A stretch of DNA of 63,463 nucleotides, the filler included, from Reticulomyxa filosa (lineage: Eukaryota; Protista; Foraminifera): assembly GCA_000512085.1 (NCBI GenBank). It is 23 parts of 23 records of this genome, joined end to end, with 100 filler letters (N's around TTAATTAATTAA, not from the genome) between each part and the next. Parts side by side here need not be neighbours in the genome. Positions count along the whole stretch, not along the records: positions 50,710 to 58,497 come from ASPP01004080.1; positions 58,598 to 63,463 come from ASPP01004020.1; 21 more parts are not named here. One strand, 5' to 3'. Within the stretch, counting starts at the first letter, position 1. Each line of letters begins with the position of its first letter. The position numbers and the translations under genes were made by a program. Positions 52,600-63,463 of this stretch are shown here, piece by piece. The notes under the pieces were generated by a model, which saw only the letters and a program-made list of their open reading frames with translations, had not been told where the DNA came from and did no database searches.

Positions 52600-53478
52600 T
52601 TATTGTAAATTTCCAAAAACGTTAAAGATATTTCGTATTTCTTTTTGTCTTTGTTGCAATTGAGACTCTGAAAATTCATTTGAACTTTTCACTTTAGTCT
52701 GAGCTTGATCTTGGACTTGTGATTCTTCTTCTACCAATCTTATAGATTGTTGTATTCAATCATCTGTATTTGTCCCTGCATCAGCATCAGTATTAGCATA
52801 TGCCTCAATATCTGGTTCTGGACCTGGTTCGTGTGGTACATCTTCAGACGCTGCATTGGACGATGCATTGACATCGACATCGGCATTTTGTGCAATCAAG
52901 AATGCTTGAATTGTGGCTTATATTTGTTCCTCTTCGCTCAGGTTTTGGAAGCTCATTTGATTACATTGGAAAAATGCTTGATATTTCAACTTGGAATACC
53001 CACATGTCTCGCACGTGGCCGCTTCCAGGACATTGACCATTGTCGTCAACATCAAACTATCCGTCTCATTGCCCTTGTCTTGTCCTTGTCCACCAGCTCG
53101 CGGATAATTGCAAGCCTTGCAAACGCTTGCATATTGTCCATTCATGAATGTGCAAATTGAACATGACCAAGGTCCTGTTGCAGCTTCTTGAGGCTCTTCT
53201 TCGTCCTCCTCGTTCTCTTCATTGTCTTTGCGCTTTTGTATCTCGCCGCCCAAATCTGGTATCTCTGACCTTACTTTTCTTTGTCGGTGTTTTCTTTTTG
53301 GATGACGATAATTTTGGCCTAACGCCTTCTTAATGTCGTCCATGGCTTCAGCATCGCTTTCAAACAAATTCTTCTTGATCGCCGTCGACGCGAACGAAAT
53401 CGTTGGCATTTCCTCCTTTCGTGCCTGCTCACTCGTCTTACCCGTTGTGGTCGCTTCTGTTGTCGCTGGCGCTGTCAT
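52600..53478 (-). pseudogene. RanBP2-type zinc-finger protein, disrupted downstream of 52918
   Basis: WSCSICTFMNGQYASVCKACNYPR plus a degenerate second finger; coding-like sequence continues through several stops. Confidence 0.55.
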
Positions 53479-54704
53479 ATTCTTTGAGTGGAATTAAGGA
53501 TATAATATTTCAAAAGACAAGTCGTTGGTTATCTGTTTGAAAAAGTCATGACATCATAACATCAATCTCTACTTCAGCTCTACAGTTAAGCAGTAGTAAA
53601 ATCTTTGTTGTTTGCTACAAAACACAAGCATTACAAAGATAAAAAATAAAAAACTTGAACTGCGTCCCCCCAACTGACACTTTTTTTAAAAAACTAGTTA
53701 ATTTTTAAAAAATTTGTTCAAAAAAAAATAAAAAATGGCCCATAAACCACAAAAAATGACCCAAATTGCAAAAATTCAAGAAAGCTTCTCGCCCATCGAT
53801 AACATTCTTTTTTCATTTTTTAGAAAAAAATTGATTTGTAATTTGATTATTATGCGATTTGGCTTATGATTTCCCTTTTTTGTACTTTTTTTCAATTGTA
53901 AAATTTTGTCAGCAAAATGACAAAAGCAAAAAAAAAAAAGAACACCACTAACATTAACACATCAAAAAAAAACACATATATGAAGAGACTGCAAAAAAAA
54001 AACAAAAATCACTTCACAATTTAACAAAAAAAGCATAACCAAGTTTTTTGAATATTAATTGATTCTTCCAAATTCTCTTGCTATTGCCTTGGCCAGTGTA
54101 TCAGCAACACTTTTTCTATTCATTGCCAGACCAAAAAAATATTTACTTAACTAATTATTTAAAACACTTATTTATCCAGTCTTGGTTCTTCCAATGTTCT
54201 TGTGTGAATTTTTGTCGAATAGTTATCTAACTAAATCCAATGTAAAACAGTCTTCGAAATCAGAGCTATTGTGATCCAATAAAACATTTCCTGATGAATT
54301 GATTGTATTGACTGTAATTATTCGATAGACTACATATTATCAATTACAAATTATTTTTTCCAAATCGAATATTCCTGTATTGACCAGTACATACAAACAA
54401 CAAAAAAATTGTTCGAAGTTAAAAAAAAGTGTTGTTAAAAAAAAAAAAAGCAGTTAATAGTGTTCACTCGTCAAAAACTATTTAATCATAGTATTAAATT
54501 CAACACTTTGCTTTGCCATCGTATTTATCTCTACCTTGCATTTGACAAAGTGGTGTTTGAGCATTATTTTTATCAATACTTCTGCTGGCGTAGCTTTTTC
54601 TATCAAAGATATTTTATTTGAAATAAGTCGATATTGTCCAAAAGGCTTCGTGGCGATTTTAGACTAGCCTGTGATGCCAGTCTATGCTCCACTGATCGGT
54701 CTCG

Positions 54705-55301
54705 TCAACATGGATTCGCTGTTGGCAGTAGTGTAAAATGATCGACTCCTTTTGATACTGTTGATATTATGATTCCTAAATGTATACATATGTATTGATG
54801 ATCTTGTGACAATGGCCGAACGTTATGTAATTCGTGATGCAGATTCCCCCAGTTTTGCAGTCCATTTCTTATTAGTTGCCATCCGGAATGATGCATAGTG
54901 CGATTTGCATCGCATAGCAAGTTGGATGACAACTGTCGATCACCTCTATTGTTCTTCTTCGCTCGGATATCAGTAGATACGGAGCCAGAGGGGGTTGATG
55001 AAATGAAACACTCCAAAGTTTTGGCAACGGATAACTGCTGTGTATTCCAAGTAAGAAGTAAAGAGATCGTTGTAGTCACAATGATTATTGTAATTGATAT
55101 TGAAGGTGTGATTGATGTGTAATGATAGACAGTGGAGCAGTCAAAGCCGTTTTCGTAACGGTATTTGACAAATATTGAATGTATTGTAATCGAACGAGCC
55201 AAGGCTAAATACTGGTCTCTCAATAATGAGTAATGCGTTGTTAAGGACAAGGTATCCATTTGTAATAAGTTCAAGCCTTTTTCCAACACATACGCCTCCA
55301 T
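54705..55301 (-). CDS. Hypothetical protein or pseudogene
   Basis: 198-aa ORF with no recognisable motif; stop-interrupted coding-like sequence continues downstream. Confidence 0.3.
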   Translation of the reverse strand: MEAYVLEKGLNLLQMDTLSLTTHYSLLRDQYLALARSITIHSIFVKYRYENGFDCSTVYHYTSITPSISITIIIVTTTISLLLTWNTQQLSVAKTLECFISSTPSGSVSTDIRAKKNNRGDRQLSSNLLCDANRTMHHSGWQLIRNGLQNWGNLHHELHNVRPLSQDHQYICIHLGIIISTVSKGVDHFTLLPTANPC

Positions 55302-55693
55302 TTCCCCGTTTTTTTAAACTGGTCCACATTTGCAATATTTTAACTACTTTTTGCAAGGCAAAACTAAATTTTGTAAATTACATCAATATTTGACAATTTA
55401 TGAAAATTGATTGAATGAATATTTTTTTTTGTACTGGTTGACATCAAATCAACTTTTTGTGTTCTATTTATTCTCTATGAAATAATTCGCTATCTCTATT
55501 TTGTAAATACTTTTGGCAGTTGTGTGTTATCAAAAGATAAAATCTCAAACAGAAAAACTACGAATTTAAAAATGACATTTGATGGCTGAAATAATTCTAT
55601 AAGACACTATTTCTAAAGAATTAGTTGGATACTAAAAAAAAAAGTGTACTTTCCGGAGATTTTTTTTACGCTAGTACAATCTTAACTTCACAA

Positions 55694-56278
55694 ATGTCCA
55701 CCGAAAAATCAGGTTTCTCTTTTGTTGCCATTGAATTTGACAATAAATTTTGTAGATGTTGACTTTCTTTATTTGAGAAAGAGTCCCAAGATTATGTTTT
55801 CAACCCAAAACGAAAGCGGTTCATCCACGATGGAAAAGTAATATATGAATGGGAACAATCACTGGAAGATGTGCTCATCTATATCCAACTTCCAAAAGAC
55901 GTGAATAGTAAGCAATTAAAAATCGAAATTAAAAGTGACAGTATAAGTGTAGGGCTGAAAAATGTGGCCAAACCTTATCTGAAAGAGGAATTGGCGTCGA
56001 CGATCAACAAAGCAGACTCGGTGTGGAGTGTTTCTGATGGACAACTTGAAATCAACTTGAGTAAACAAACCATAGGAGAGACATGGTCATGTGTATTCAA
56101 AAGACACGCGGAGCAACAGTTAAATGTCACAGAAGCTGAAAATACAAAAAAGCAAATGTTATTAGAAAGATTTCAACGAGAAAACCCACACATGGATTTT
56201 AGTCAGGCACAGTTCAACGGTACAGCACCAGATCCAACCACTTTTTTAGACGGCATTGATAAAGAAAAACTACAGTGA
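55694..56278 (+). CDS. NUDCD2: NudC/CS-domain co-chaperone (NUDCD2-like), short first intron
   Basis: YEWEQSLEDVLIYI...SVWSVSDGQLEINLSK...KKQMLLERFQRENPHMDFSQAQFNG. Confidence 0.88.
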
Positions 56279-57898
56279 TCATATGTTCCCCTTGCTATTT
56301 AAACAAAAATTAAAATTTTGCTTTTCTCTAATTCTTGTCGTGGTTGAAGTTTTTTTTGCATTGCCATCTTTTGGAAATTTTTGAAGCAGCAACTCATGTA
56401 ATGCATACATAATAAACACCTATCCAACTAATTCTCATTGTAAAAATTCATTTGAAAAATCCTGGGAATCCCTTTTTCCAAAATTTCACATACCTCCAGA
56501 TGCTTCTATCACATACTGGAATTAGTATTTAAAGTTTCACAAATATCATTATTTTTGTATAATTTGAACAGAGAGAAACGTTGAATTTACTTTATGTTTT
56601 AATACTTTCGTTTTATCAGTAACAAAAAGAGTTTGGGTTAAAAGTGAGCTTTTGGGAGGGGCTCAGAATAAAACCTTTGTTCCTTGTGTATCTTTTTCTT
56701 GTTGTTATCATGTACAAAAATGGGCAGGTGTGTCATTGTTTGATGTCTTTTGTTTAGTGTGATTTTACTTTTTCTGAAAAAAAAGACGCAACTTTTTTTA
56801 ACGAACAAACACAACTACCTTTTTCAAATAAATGCGTTCTTAATTGTTTGTCTTTTGTGTTGCACTCACAGATACAAAACTGCCGCAAAAGGGAAACGCA
56901 AAAGTTGTAATTACAATAAAATGAAACATTGCTATGGTATGTTTTTTTTTGTTTGTTTTTATTGTTTATGATGAAAAATTGCAATCATCCTCGGTTCAGA
57001 GAGTATCAGTGGTGAAAATTTGCAATAACAAATTTAACTGAACAATTTCTAAATTTGCCGAAATGGCGCAAGCTAGTTCGTACGATTCACAATTTTTGTT
57101 TGTTGATTTGAATAGAATAGAACCACGGGTTTGTGCTTTCAAAACGCAATGTGCAAAATATTGTTTCTCTTGTAAAGGTTGAAGTTTATTTTTTTACTTT
57201 GATTAATTTCAAAATGTTTATTCTTAACAAAATTCATATTTTTCATAAGCCACTTAAAAATCGCGTAGATACAAAATAATCAAATACGGTTCTAAAAAAA
57301 AATAATTTCAACTGAACCTAGTATTAAATTATTTAATAGCAATTATTGGATAAGATATAGAATTAACCGTAGTAGGGCATGCTGCATTTATTCAAAATTT
57401 GATATTTAACATGTCCTGGAGAATCCAAAAATGTGTTTGGCTAATAAAAGTGTGGAAAGCCATGAAAAAATAATTAATTTTCAAAAATAAAAATTAATTT
57501 ATTACTTTAAATATTGTTTTTAGAAAATAAATTAAACAAATTGTACATCAAGATATCGAATTTATCTCAAAACTCGATACATATCCTTTATTTCCAGCTT
57601 TGATGTTGTATTTCCTATTGCAATTTTTCAATTTGTGAAAGAAAAATAAGCGTTTTCGAATGACTTATAAGAAAAAACAACAATTCATAACCATTTTAAC
57701 ATTTTTTTTTCGAAAAAATAAGTTTACAGCAAACTGGAATATGAAAATTTACATCAGTTGTTATGTTTTGAGTTCACGTATAAATAAATCGCTGTTTGAG
57801 TTGTTCATGAAATCCAAGGGGACAATTAGTTGGTTTTGATGGCTTGCAAAACTTTACTTATCAAGGGGTTTTTTTTGTAATTCTATTAGCTATAAATC

Positions 57899-58369
57899 AT
57901 GATCGCAGCATATCTGAAAAAAACCTTTACTGTAGATTTTGAGCAGCCCTTGACCTACTTTATCAAGACACATTGTTTAGCTTCTCTCTGCGACTGTTCC
58001 TCTTCAAAAACAAACAACTTCTTGCACTACACTTAAAAAATTGATGAGCAGATGGGAAGACAAAAGCGGAGGAATTAGCACCAAAGTTGAGAGAAGTGAG
58101 CCAATTGCGTAAACAATGTATGGTGGAAGACAAAACAGCGAATCCAGCAGTGGACATACCCAAGTACACACAATACTATGATATGCTAAGTGTATTGGAG
58201 AAGCGATTTCCATTTGGGAAAGCCAGTACTGGATTGTTTAGCAAAATGCCGGCGGTGATGATTGAATTTCGTTGGTGTGATGCATTTATTCCCAAAAAAT
58301 TGTGTGTCGACCATTCCATTAAATTTGAAAAAGCCTGTGTCTTGTACAACTTGGCTGCCTTAATGAGGT
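57899..58369 (+). CDS. BRO1-domain protein (ALIX/Bro1 family), 5' part
   Basis: LKKTFTVDFEQPLTYFI | ...YYDMLSVLEKRFP...FRWCDAF...SIKFEKACVLYNLAAL; intron at about 57976-58051. Confidence 0.88.
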
Positions 58370-58451
58370 AGAGTTAACCTAGTTGTATTTTGCACCTTAA
58401 TGATAAAAGGGGGAGGAGCGACAAAAAAAAAAAGGTTCGTTTTTTTTTGTT

Positions 58452-58497
58452 GTTGGAACCGAAAGGGTTTGAATTCCGGGTTTTTAAAAACCCGGAA
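58452..58497 (+). other. 454 paired-end hairpin adaptor contamination (second copy)
   Basis: Identical 46-mer to 23611-23656, again at a contig end. Confidence 0.9.
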
Positions 58498-58750
58498 NNN
58501 NNNNNNNNNNNNNNNNNNNNNNNNNNNNNNNNNNNNNNNNNTTAATTAATTAANNNNNNNNNNNNNNNNNNNNNNNNNNNNNNNNNNNNNNNNNNNNACC
58601 TTCCCACTCACTGTTTTTGTTTTGTTTATTTGTTTTAAATAAAGATTATTTTATCGTTAAAAAAAAAAATTGATTGGATGAAAAAAAAAAAAAATTACCG
58701 CACACACCCTCTCCCCTCCTCCTCATTCTCTTCTCCTCGTCCTACTACTT

Positions 58751-59075
58751 TTAGATTTCATTCCGAAAATGTACACACATATCACTCAACGTTGGGGACA
58801 ACGAACTCTCACAAGATCCAATCACTTCTTCATTGGTGAGAGTTACGTCTTTTACTGTTTTTTTCTTTGACGTGTCCGTTTCAATGCCTTGTTTATTCGC
58901 TTTCTCTTTCTTCTTGCCTTTTTTCATCAATTTCGGTTTCGTGTCAGCTGGAAATTCTACCATATCTGAATGCAATGCATCAAATGCAGTGCCGATCACT
59001 GACTTATTGCCTAAACGCATCTTTTTTACTGATCTCATTGCTTCCACCTTTTTTTCCGGTTATCTTCACAATTAT
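58751..59075 (-). CDS. Hypothetical Lys-rich exon
   Basis: About 100-codon open frame; no motif recognised. Confidence 0.3.
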
Positions 59076-59749
59076 GCAAAAATAAACACAAACACGTTAA
59101 CAACTCTTGTTGAAAGTGAAGACAACAACAAAAATAGGATTGTTAATTGATTTTTTACCAGCCAAAAGAAGCAAATGAAACTTACTTAAAAAAAGGATGT
59201 TTTTTCGTTTTTCTTTATCAGCAGATCACTTGTTTGTTGCGACATTTGCTTATAAAAAAACAAACTGCAGCGCTCTCAATGCCAATATAATTCAAAAACT
59301 AACATTTGAGTGTCCATCGGGACCGTTAGTCTACAAAATATGTCATTTTGCTTTTCAAACTATTTCCCAACAAAAAAATTTTGCCCAACAAATTCTTGAT
59401 TCCCAACCCTCTTATCAACTGTTGGGAATTTTTCGGAGAAAAACTTGTGGGGAAAAAAAAGTGATTTGTGTCTCCAAAAGGGATATTTTTTCAATTATAT
59501 TCAATCCTTTACGATGCTTGTCTGTACCAATCAAAGGAGTGGCAGGAAAAAAATTCAAAAGATGATAAACAACCCACATAAAGGCAACATCTCTCTAACA
59601 CCAATTTCAACCACTCGCACTTTCAAAAAAAACAAAATCAAAGTAACTTTGCTTTTCTTGCCCCCGTCTTTCTCTGCCTTTTCAGAGAAAAGAAAGAAAG
59701 CGAGGAAGAAGGGTGAGAGGTGGGGAAAGGGCGGGGAAAATTCTTTTGT

Positions 59750-61636
59750 TTAAATGCCAGAAAAAACAGGATTATTTCGTGCCACGCTTGGACCAAATTC
59801 ATTATATTGTGCTTTGGTGTGGGCCATTTCAAAGAACTGTGGCAAAGAGCCCAACATGGATCCACCAAACCACACAGCAAAGCGTTGCATACGGTGCTGG
59901 ATCACTTTTACTTCCATTTCTTTCAATTCCAAATTGCTGCCAGTCAAGACACGGGACTTTTGGATGTCAAATCTTTTTTTACACAAGCGTTTTACATCCC
60001 TCTCCAAGCGCTTGGGGAAGTCCTTAAACATTGTCGAGCCACCACTCAACACAATATTCTATCCATTGTCCAACATTAATGCAGTGCAAAGTAACAATAT
60101 AATTACAAATCAAAGCCAAAAAAAAACATACACACACAAAACTCGATACAAACGACGTCTTGTATCAATAGGACAGTTTTGAATGGTCGCATCAACGACT
60201 TCAGGTAAAGGAACAGCATGTTGTGTAGTATAGATTTCCGGATTGAAGAATAATTCAGGTCCTAAAAATTGTTCATAACCAACATCGACTCTGTAAGGCT
60301 TCTTGGTTTTAGGATGTTCTCCTTCATACACTCCAAACTTCGTTGGGTCTGTGTCAAATTTGGAATACTCTTTCACCAAATCTGGCGCCACATAGCAAAA
60401 TTGCTCCTATTATTTATTTATTTATTTATTTATTGACATTGTATGTCTTACTTGACAGTTTGTGTCTGTTTGTTTAATATTTGATTTGGTATGTGAATTA
60501 AAAAAAAATGTGTAGTTGTCATTTTCTGAACTTTGATTTTTCTCGCAACCAATTTGACGTCCTCAGGTGGGATATCTTCATTTCTGTCTCGCAAAAATTG
60601 CATAATAAAAGCAGTGATATCGCTACCTGCCAATGGAATGTGCTTAATGCAGGAACCAATCACGTATCCGTCGACCACTGGGATCACGTGTGTCACACCT
60701 GCACACCACACACGAAACGAAACAAAATAAAACAAACAATGTTCTTTTTTTCTTCTTCTCTTCAAACATATCAAAAATACACACCATCTCCAGAATCAAT
60801 GACAGTCCCCGTCAAGATCTTTTCGGCATCTTTGGACAAACGTGAGGCAATCAATGCCAACACTGCTTGGACACCAATATACTATTTTTTTTTTTTTTTG
60901 TGTTATAGGGAGAAAGAGGGGGAAGGAGAAGAAAAGGAAAAAAAAAAGTGAACAAACAAAGTTTTTTTAAAAGCCTTTTTTTTTGGTTACTCATACCAAT
61001 CCTGGCACATTGAATGTTTCAAACATGATCTCGGCAGTATATTCTCGATTTTCTGGAGGGTTCAATGGTGGTTCTGTCTATATGCGAGTTGACAACAAAA
61101 CAAAGACAAAGATCTATTTAAAAAAAATCCTTTGGCAATAATGTAAAAAGGGGGTTAATAAAACTTGAAAAAAAAAATAAGTACAACAGATCTATACCAC
61201 TTACCAGCAATACATAATGCTCTTCTGGGTCACATCTCATGTACTGAAACAGACATCGTTGCAGTATTTTTCAATATCTATTAATAGTTTCCGACATTTG
61301 ATTGTGTTGTGTGGTTTTTTTTAAGCCCTTTTCTTCCCCCTTTTCCCTTTTCTGCCCCTTTTTCTTCTTTCATAGCACGTGGTTTACGTAACTGTCCCAA
61401 TCTTCGATAATGCCGTGTTCCAAACAATTGGAAACAGTGTAATTCAAACGCTTGTCAAGGGCATCATTGCCGATATAAAATTCCAAATCTGCTGTTTCAT
61501 TTTGTTTTCCTCCTGCTTTTTTTTCTGGCTGTGCGATCACTGTTGGAACCATGTAATCGGGCGAAGTGTTGCCTGCATAGCCCATTTTGGTAAAACCAGT
61601 GCCATTATCAATTACTATCGGGGGTTTGGTGGTCAT
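59750..61636 (-). CDS. ARP3: Actin-related protein 3 (Arp2/3 complex), 7 exons
   Basis: [90 protein letters not shown]; GT-AG introns; one apparent 1-nt frameshift at about 61262. Confidence 0.96.
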
Positions 61637-61803
61637 CTTGAAAACTTAAATCTTGCGACTTTACAATCCTTTTTTTAAAAAAAAAAGCAAAAGTTTGAAA
61701 AGTACCCCGTTACCTACTACGCGAAAACGAAAACTTTTTCTATTGAAGTTTAAAAAAAGGTATGAGAAAGAAGGAAAAAAAAAATCAGTACGACAAAATA
61801 GTA

Positions 61804-62900
61804 TCAAAGTTCATCCTTCAAACAATCTTCGTTGCCCATACAATTTTGTTTTTCTTTCTTATGATCTCCCCATGCATTAAGTTGATGAACATGTTTACTG
61901 TGAACAAAATTGGGTTCATAAGCAAAAGCTCCCACAAAAACACCTCGAAGTTTGTCACCAAAAATAGGAGCAACAGCGTGCATAGTGCGGTTGCCCTCAA
62001 AACAATACATATCTCCTTCGTTTGCGCTTACGGCACCAACGAAGTTTTGCACAGCTGCACTTTCATTTCTTAAAATAGCGCCAATGGTATCCCAATTCCA
62101 TTCATATTTTCCTATGCACACACGCAGATATACACACATTAAACGCAAAAAAATTTGGAAAAGATGGGAGGAAAGGGAGAACAAAAAGAAGGTCTTTTTT
62201 TTTTTGTTGCACCCAAAAAAATGTAAACTTCGGCTGAACCTGTGGCCTTATTTTGCACTGGAAATATGTTTTAGGCAAAAAAGGAATTCTCCTCCAATCT
62301 TTTGGCTTATGGATCATGAATACACACGAGAAAGGATGTTGATCGACATGCCACTCGCCAATGTCATTATGCTGTCCTAAAAAAATATAGGCTGACCCCT
62401 TCCTTATCTTTGGACCAATGCAAATGTTCAAACTTTTCTGCTTGCTTTGCGCGCTGAAGAACTTTTTCCAACACTGCTCGCAAAGGCGGATAGCTGTAAA
62501 TACTAACATATTCTGGAGGTGTGTCGGACCTGCCAATAAATGTCATTCTCAAGTTTCCAAGCATATTCCGAGGGTGGTCCTCACTAAAGTTAATCAAATC
62601 TTTTTGGTCTCCAAACACGGACTTGAAGACATCACGACGTACTCCTTTTTGCATTGCCTCGTTTATCATCTTCTCTTGTAAATGCTTTAAAAAATCAGCT
62701 GATAGAAAATTTTTCACTTGAAAATAACTTTCGGTTTGGAGTGCATTTGCCGCTGTTTCTATCAACGACTTCACCGAAGGGTGCTCAAGGTTATCAAGTG
62801 GAAAGTTGAAATGTGTTGGCGTTATTTCAAACCCAAGACAAAAAACTTGAGCTGACAATGCCCAAATTATTGCACACCAAGAGGGTAATGAAAAATACAT
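61804..62900 (-). CDS. Fe(II)/2-oxoglutarate dioxygenase (BesD/HalD-like) with signal peptide and C-terminal KDEL; three frameshifts at homopolymers
   Basis: Hydrophobic N-terminus MYFSLPSWCAIIWALSAQVFC; GEWHVDQHPF (HxD), GGEF, GDMYCFEGNRTMHAVAP...R; ends CLKDEL*; one intron at about 62112-62240. Confidence 0.7.
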
Positions 62901-63463
62901 TAGAATATTCCACGTGTAATTTTTAGGCCAGTCAATCAAGCGTTTTCTTTCCAAAAACAAAGTCGTGCTAGTAATTAAACTACATTAAATTTCTCAATTG
63001 AAGCTCATGTTAATGTGATAATATGCAATATCACAAGAATAATTAATAAATTTCTATAAAATGCTGTTATACAAAATTATAAAAATACAACTATATTTTA
63101 TTAAAGCTTTAAAAGTGCAAGCTCAAAGTAAGAAGAAGAGTTCCTTCGATCATATGGAACTTCTCCTGTAATTACTAGGGCATTGCACTAAAGACAATTG
63201 ATCACAAAGAAAAGCAAGAACTCATTCACGCAAAATTTACAAATCAATTTTAAAATTGTTAAGTAAACACAAACTATAAAGTGAGTGAAACATTGATTCT
63301 ATCTGAGTCTGATACGGATGCACTACTGTGTTTTTATGGGCAATACACGGACTGGACTGGAACATTTCCTCAAAATGGATGTTCATTTGAAGGAGTGACT
63401 TGTGATTCGGAAAATGGACAACTTACAGTCACTCAAATTATTCTAAACTATCAAAACCTTTCT

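Noticed and set aside
1-55301. Alternative genetic code explaining the many in-frame stops
   Set aside because: Intact genes end with standard TAA or TGA and lack internal stops; disrupted loci also contain frameshifts and deletions.
58452-58497. Palindromic 46-mer as a transposon end, terminator or telomere-like element
   Set aside because: Matches the 454 paired-end adaptor and occurs only at contig ends.
4444-58597. Regularly repeated TTAATTAATTAA blocks as a CRISPR-like or biological repeat
   Set aside because: Always flanked by fixed N runs; this is an all-frame-stop concatenation spacer.
63-61636. Functional cluster of actin/G-protein genes (VCA-like gene, ARP3, Ras, RGS)
   Set aside because: They sit on different contigs; proximity is an artefact of concatenation.
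62340-62355. Halogenase assignment for the 2OG oxygenase
   Set aside because: The metal motif is H-V-D; BesD-type halogenases have Gly or Ala in place of Asp.

Overview
Eukaryotic, very AT-rich, intron-containing DNA. It is not one locus: it is about 23 short contigs joined by 22 identical artificial spacers (about 44 N + TTAATTAATTAA + about 44 N), so adjacency across spacers means nothing. Poly-T/A and (TA/CA)n introns, poly-Asn tracts, a decayed kelch-like family member, 7TM-RGS genes, a heavy pseudogene load and 454 adaptor remnants suggest a rhizarian protist draft assembly, probably the foraminiferan Reticulomyxa (inference). Recognisable genes: RNA pol I/III AC19 subunit, a UBL-plus-membrane protein, a CD36-family receptor, HEATR6, HGH1, a SUC/SLC45-like transporter, RGS/7TM-RGS proteins, NUDCD2, a BRO1/ALIX fragment and ARP3. 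Pseudogenes: RhoGEF with a VCA-like tail, NDUFAF6, kelch, HSP90, Ras, kinesin and RanBP2 zinc finger. Mobile elements: three Tc1/mariner relics sharing a terminal sequence, and one LINE relic. The most unusual items are a SAM-DEP-TM-Cache-TM membrane receptor containing one in-frame TGA, a signal-peptide/KDEL Fe(II)/2OG oxygenase resembling the BesD/HalD group, and a DH + proline-rich + WH2/C/A architecture. All assignments come from reading motifs by eye, and most exon boundaries are approximate.
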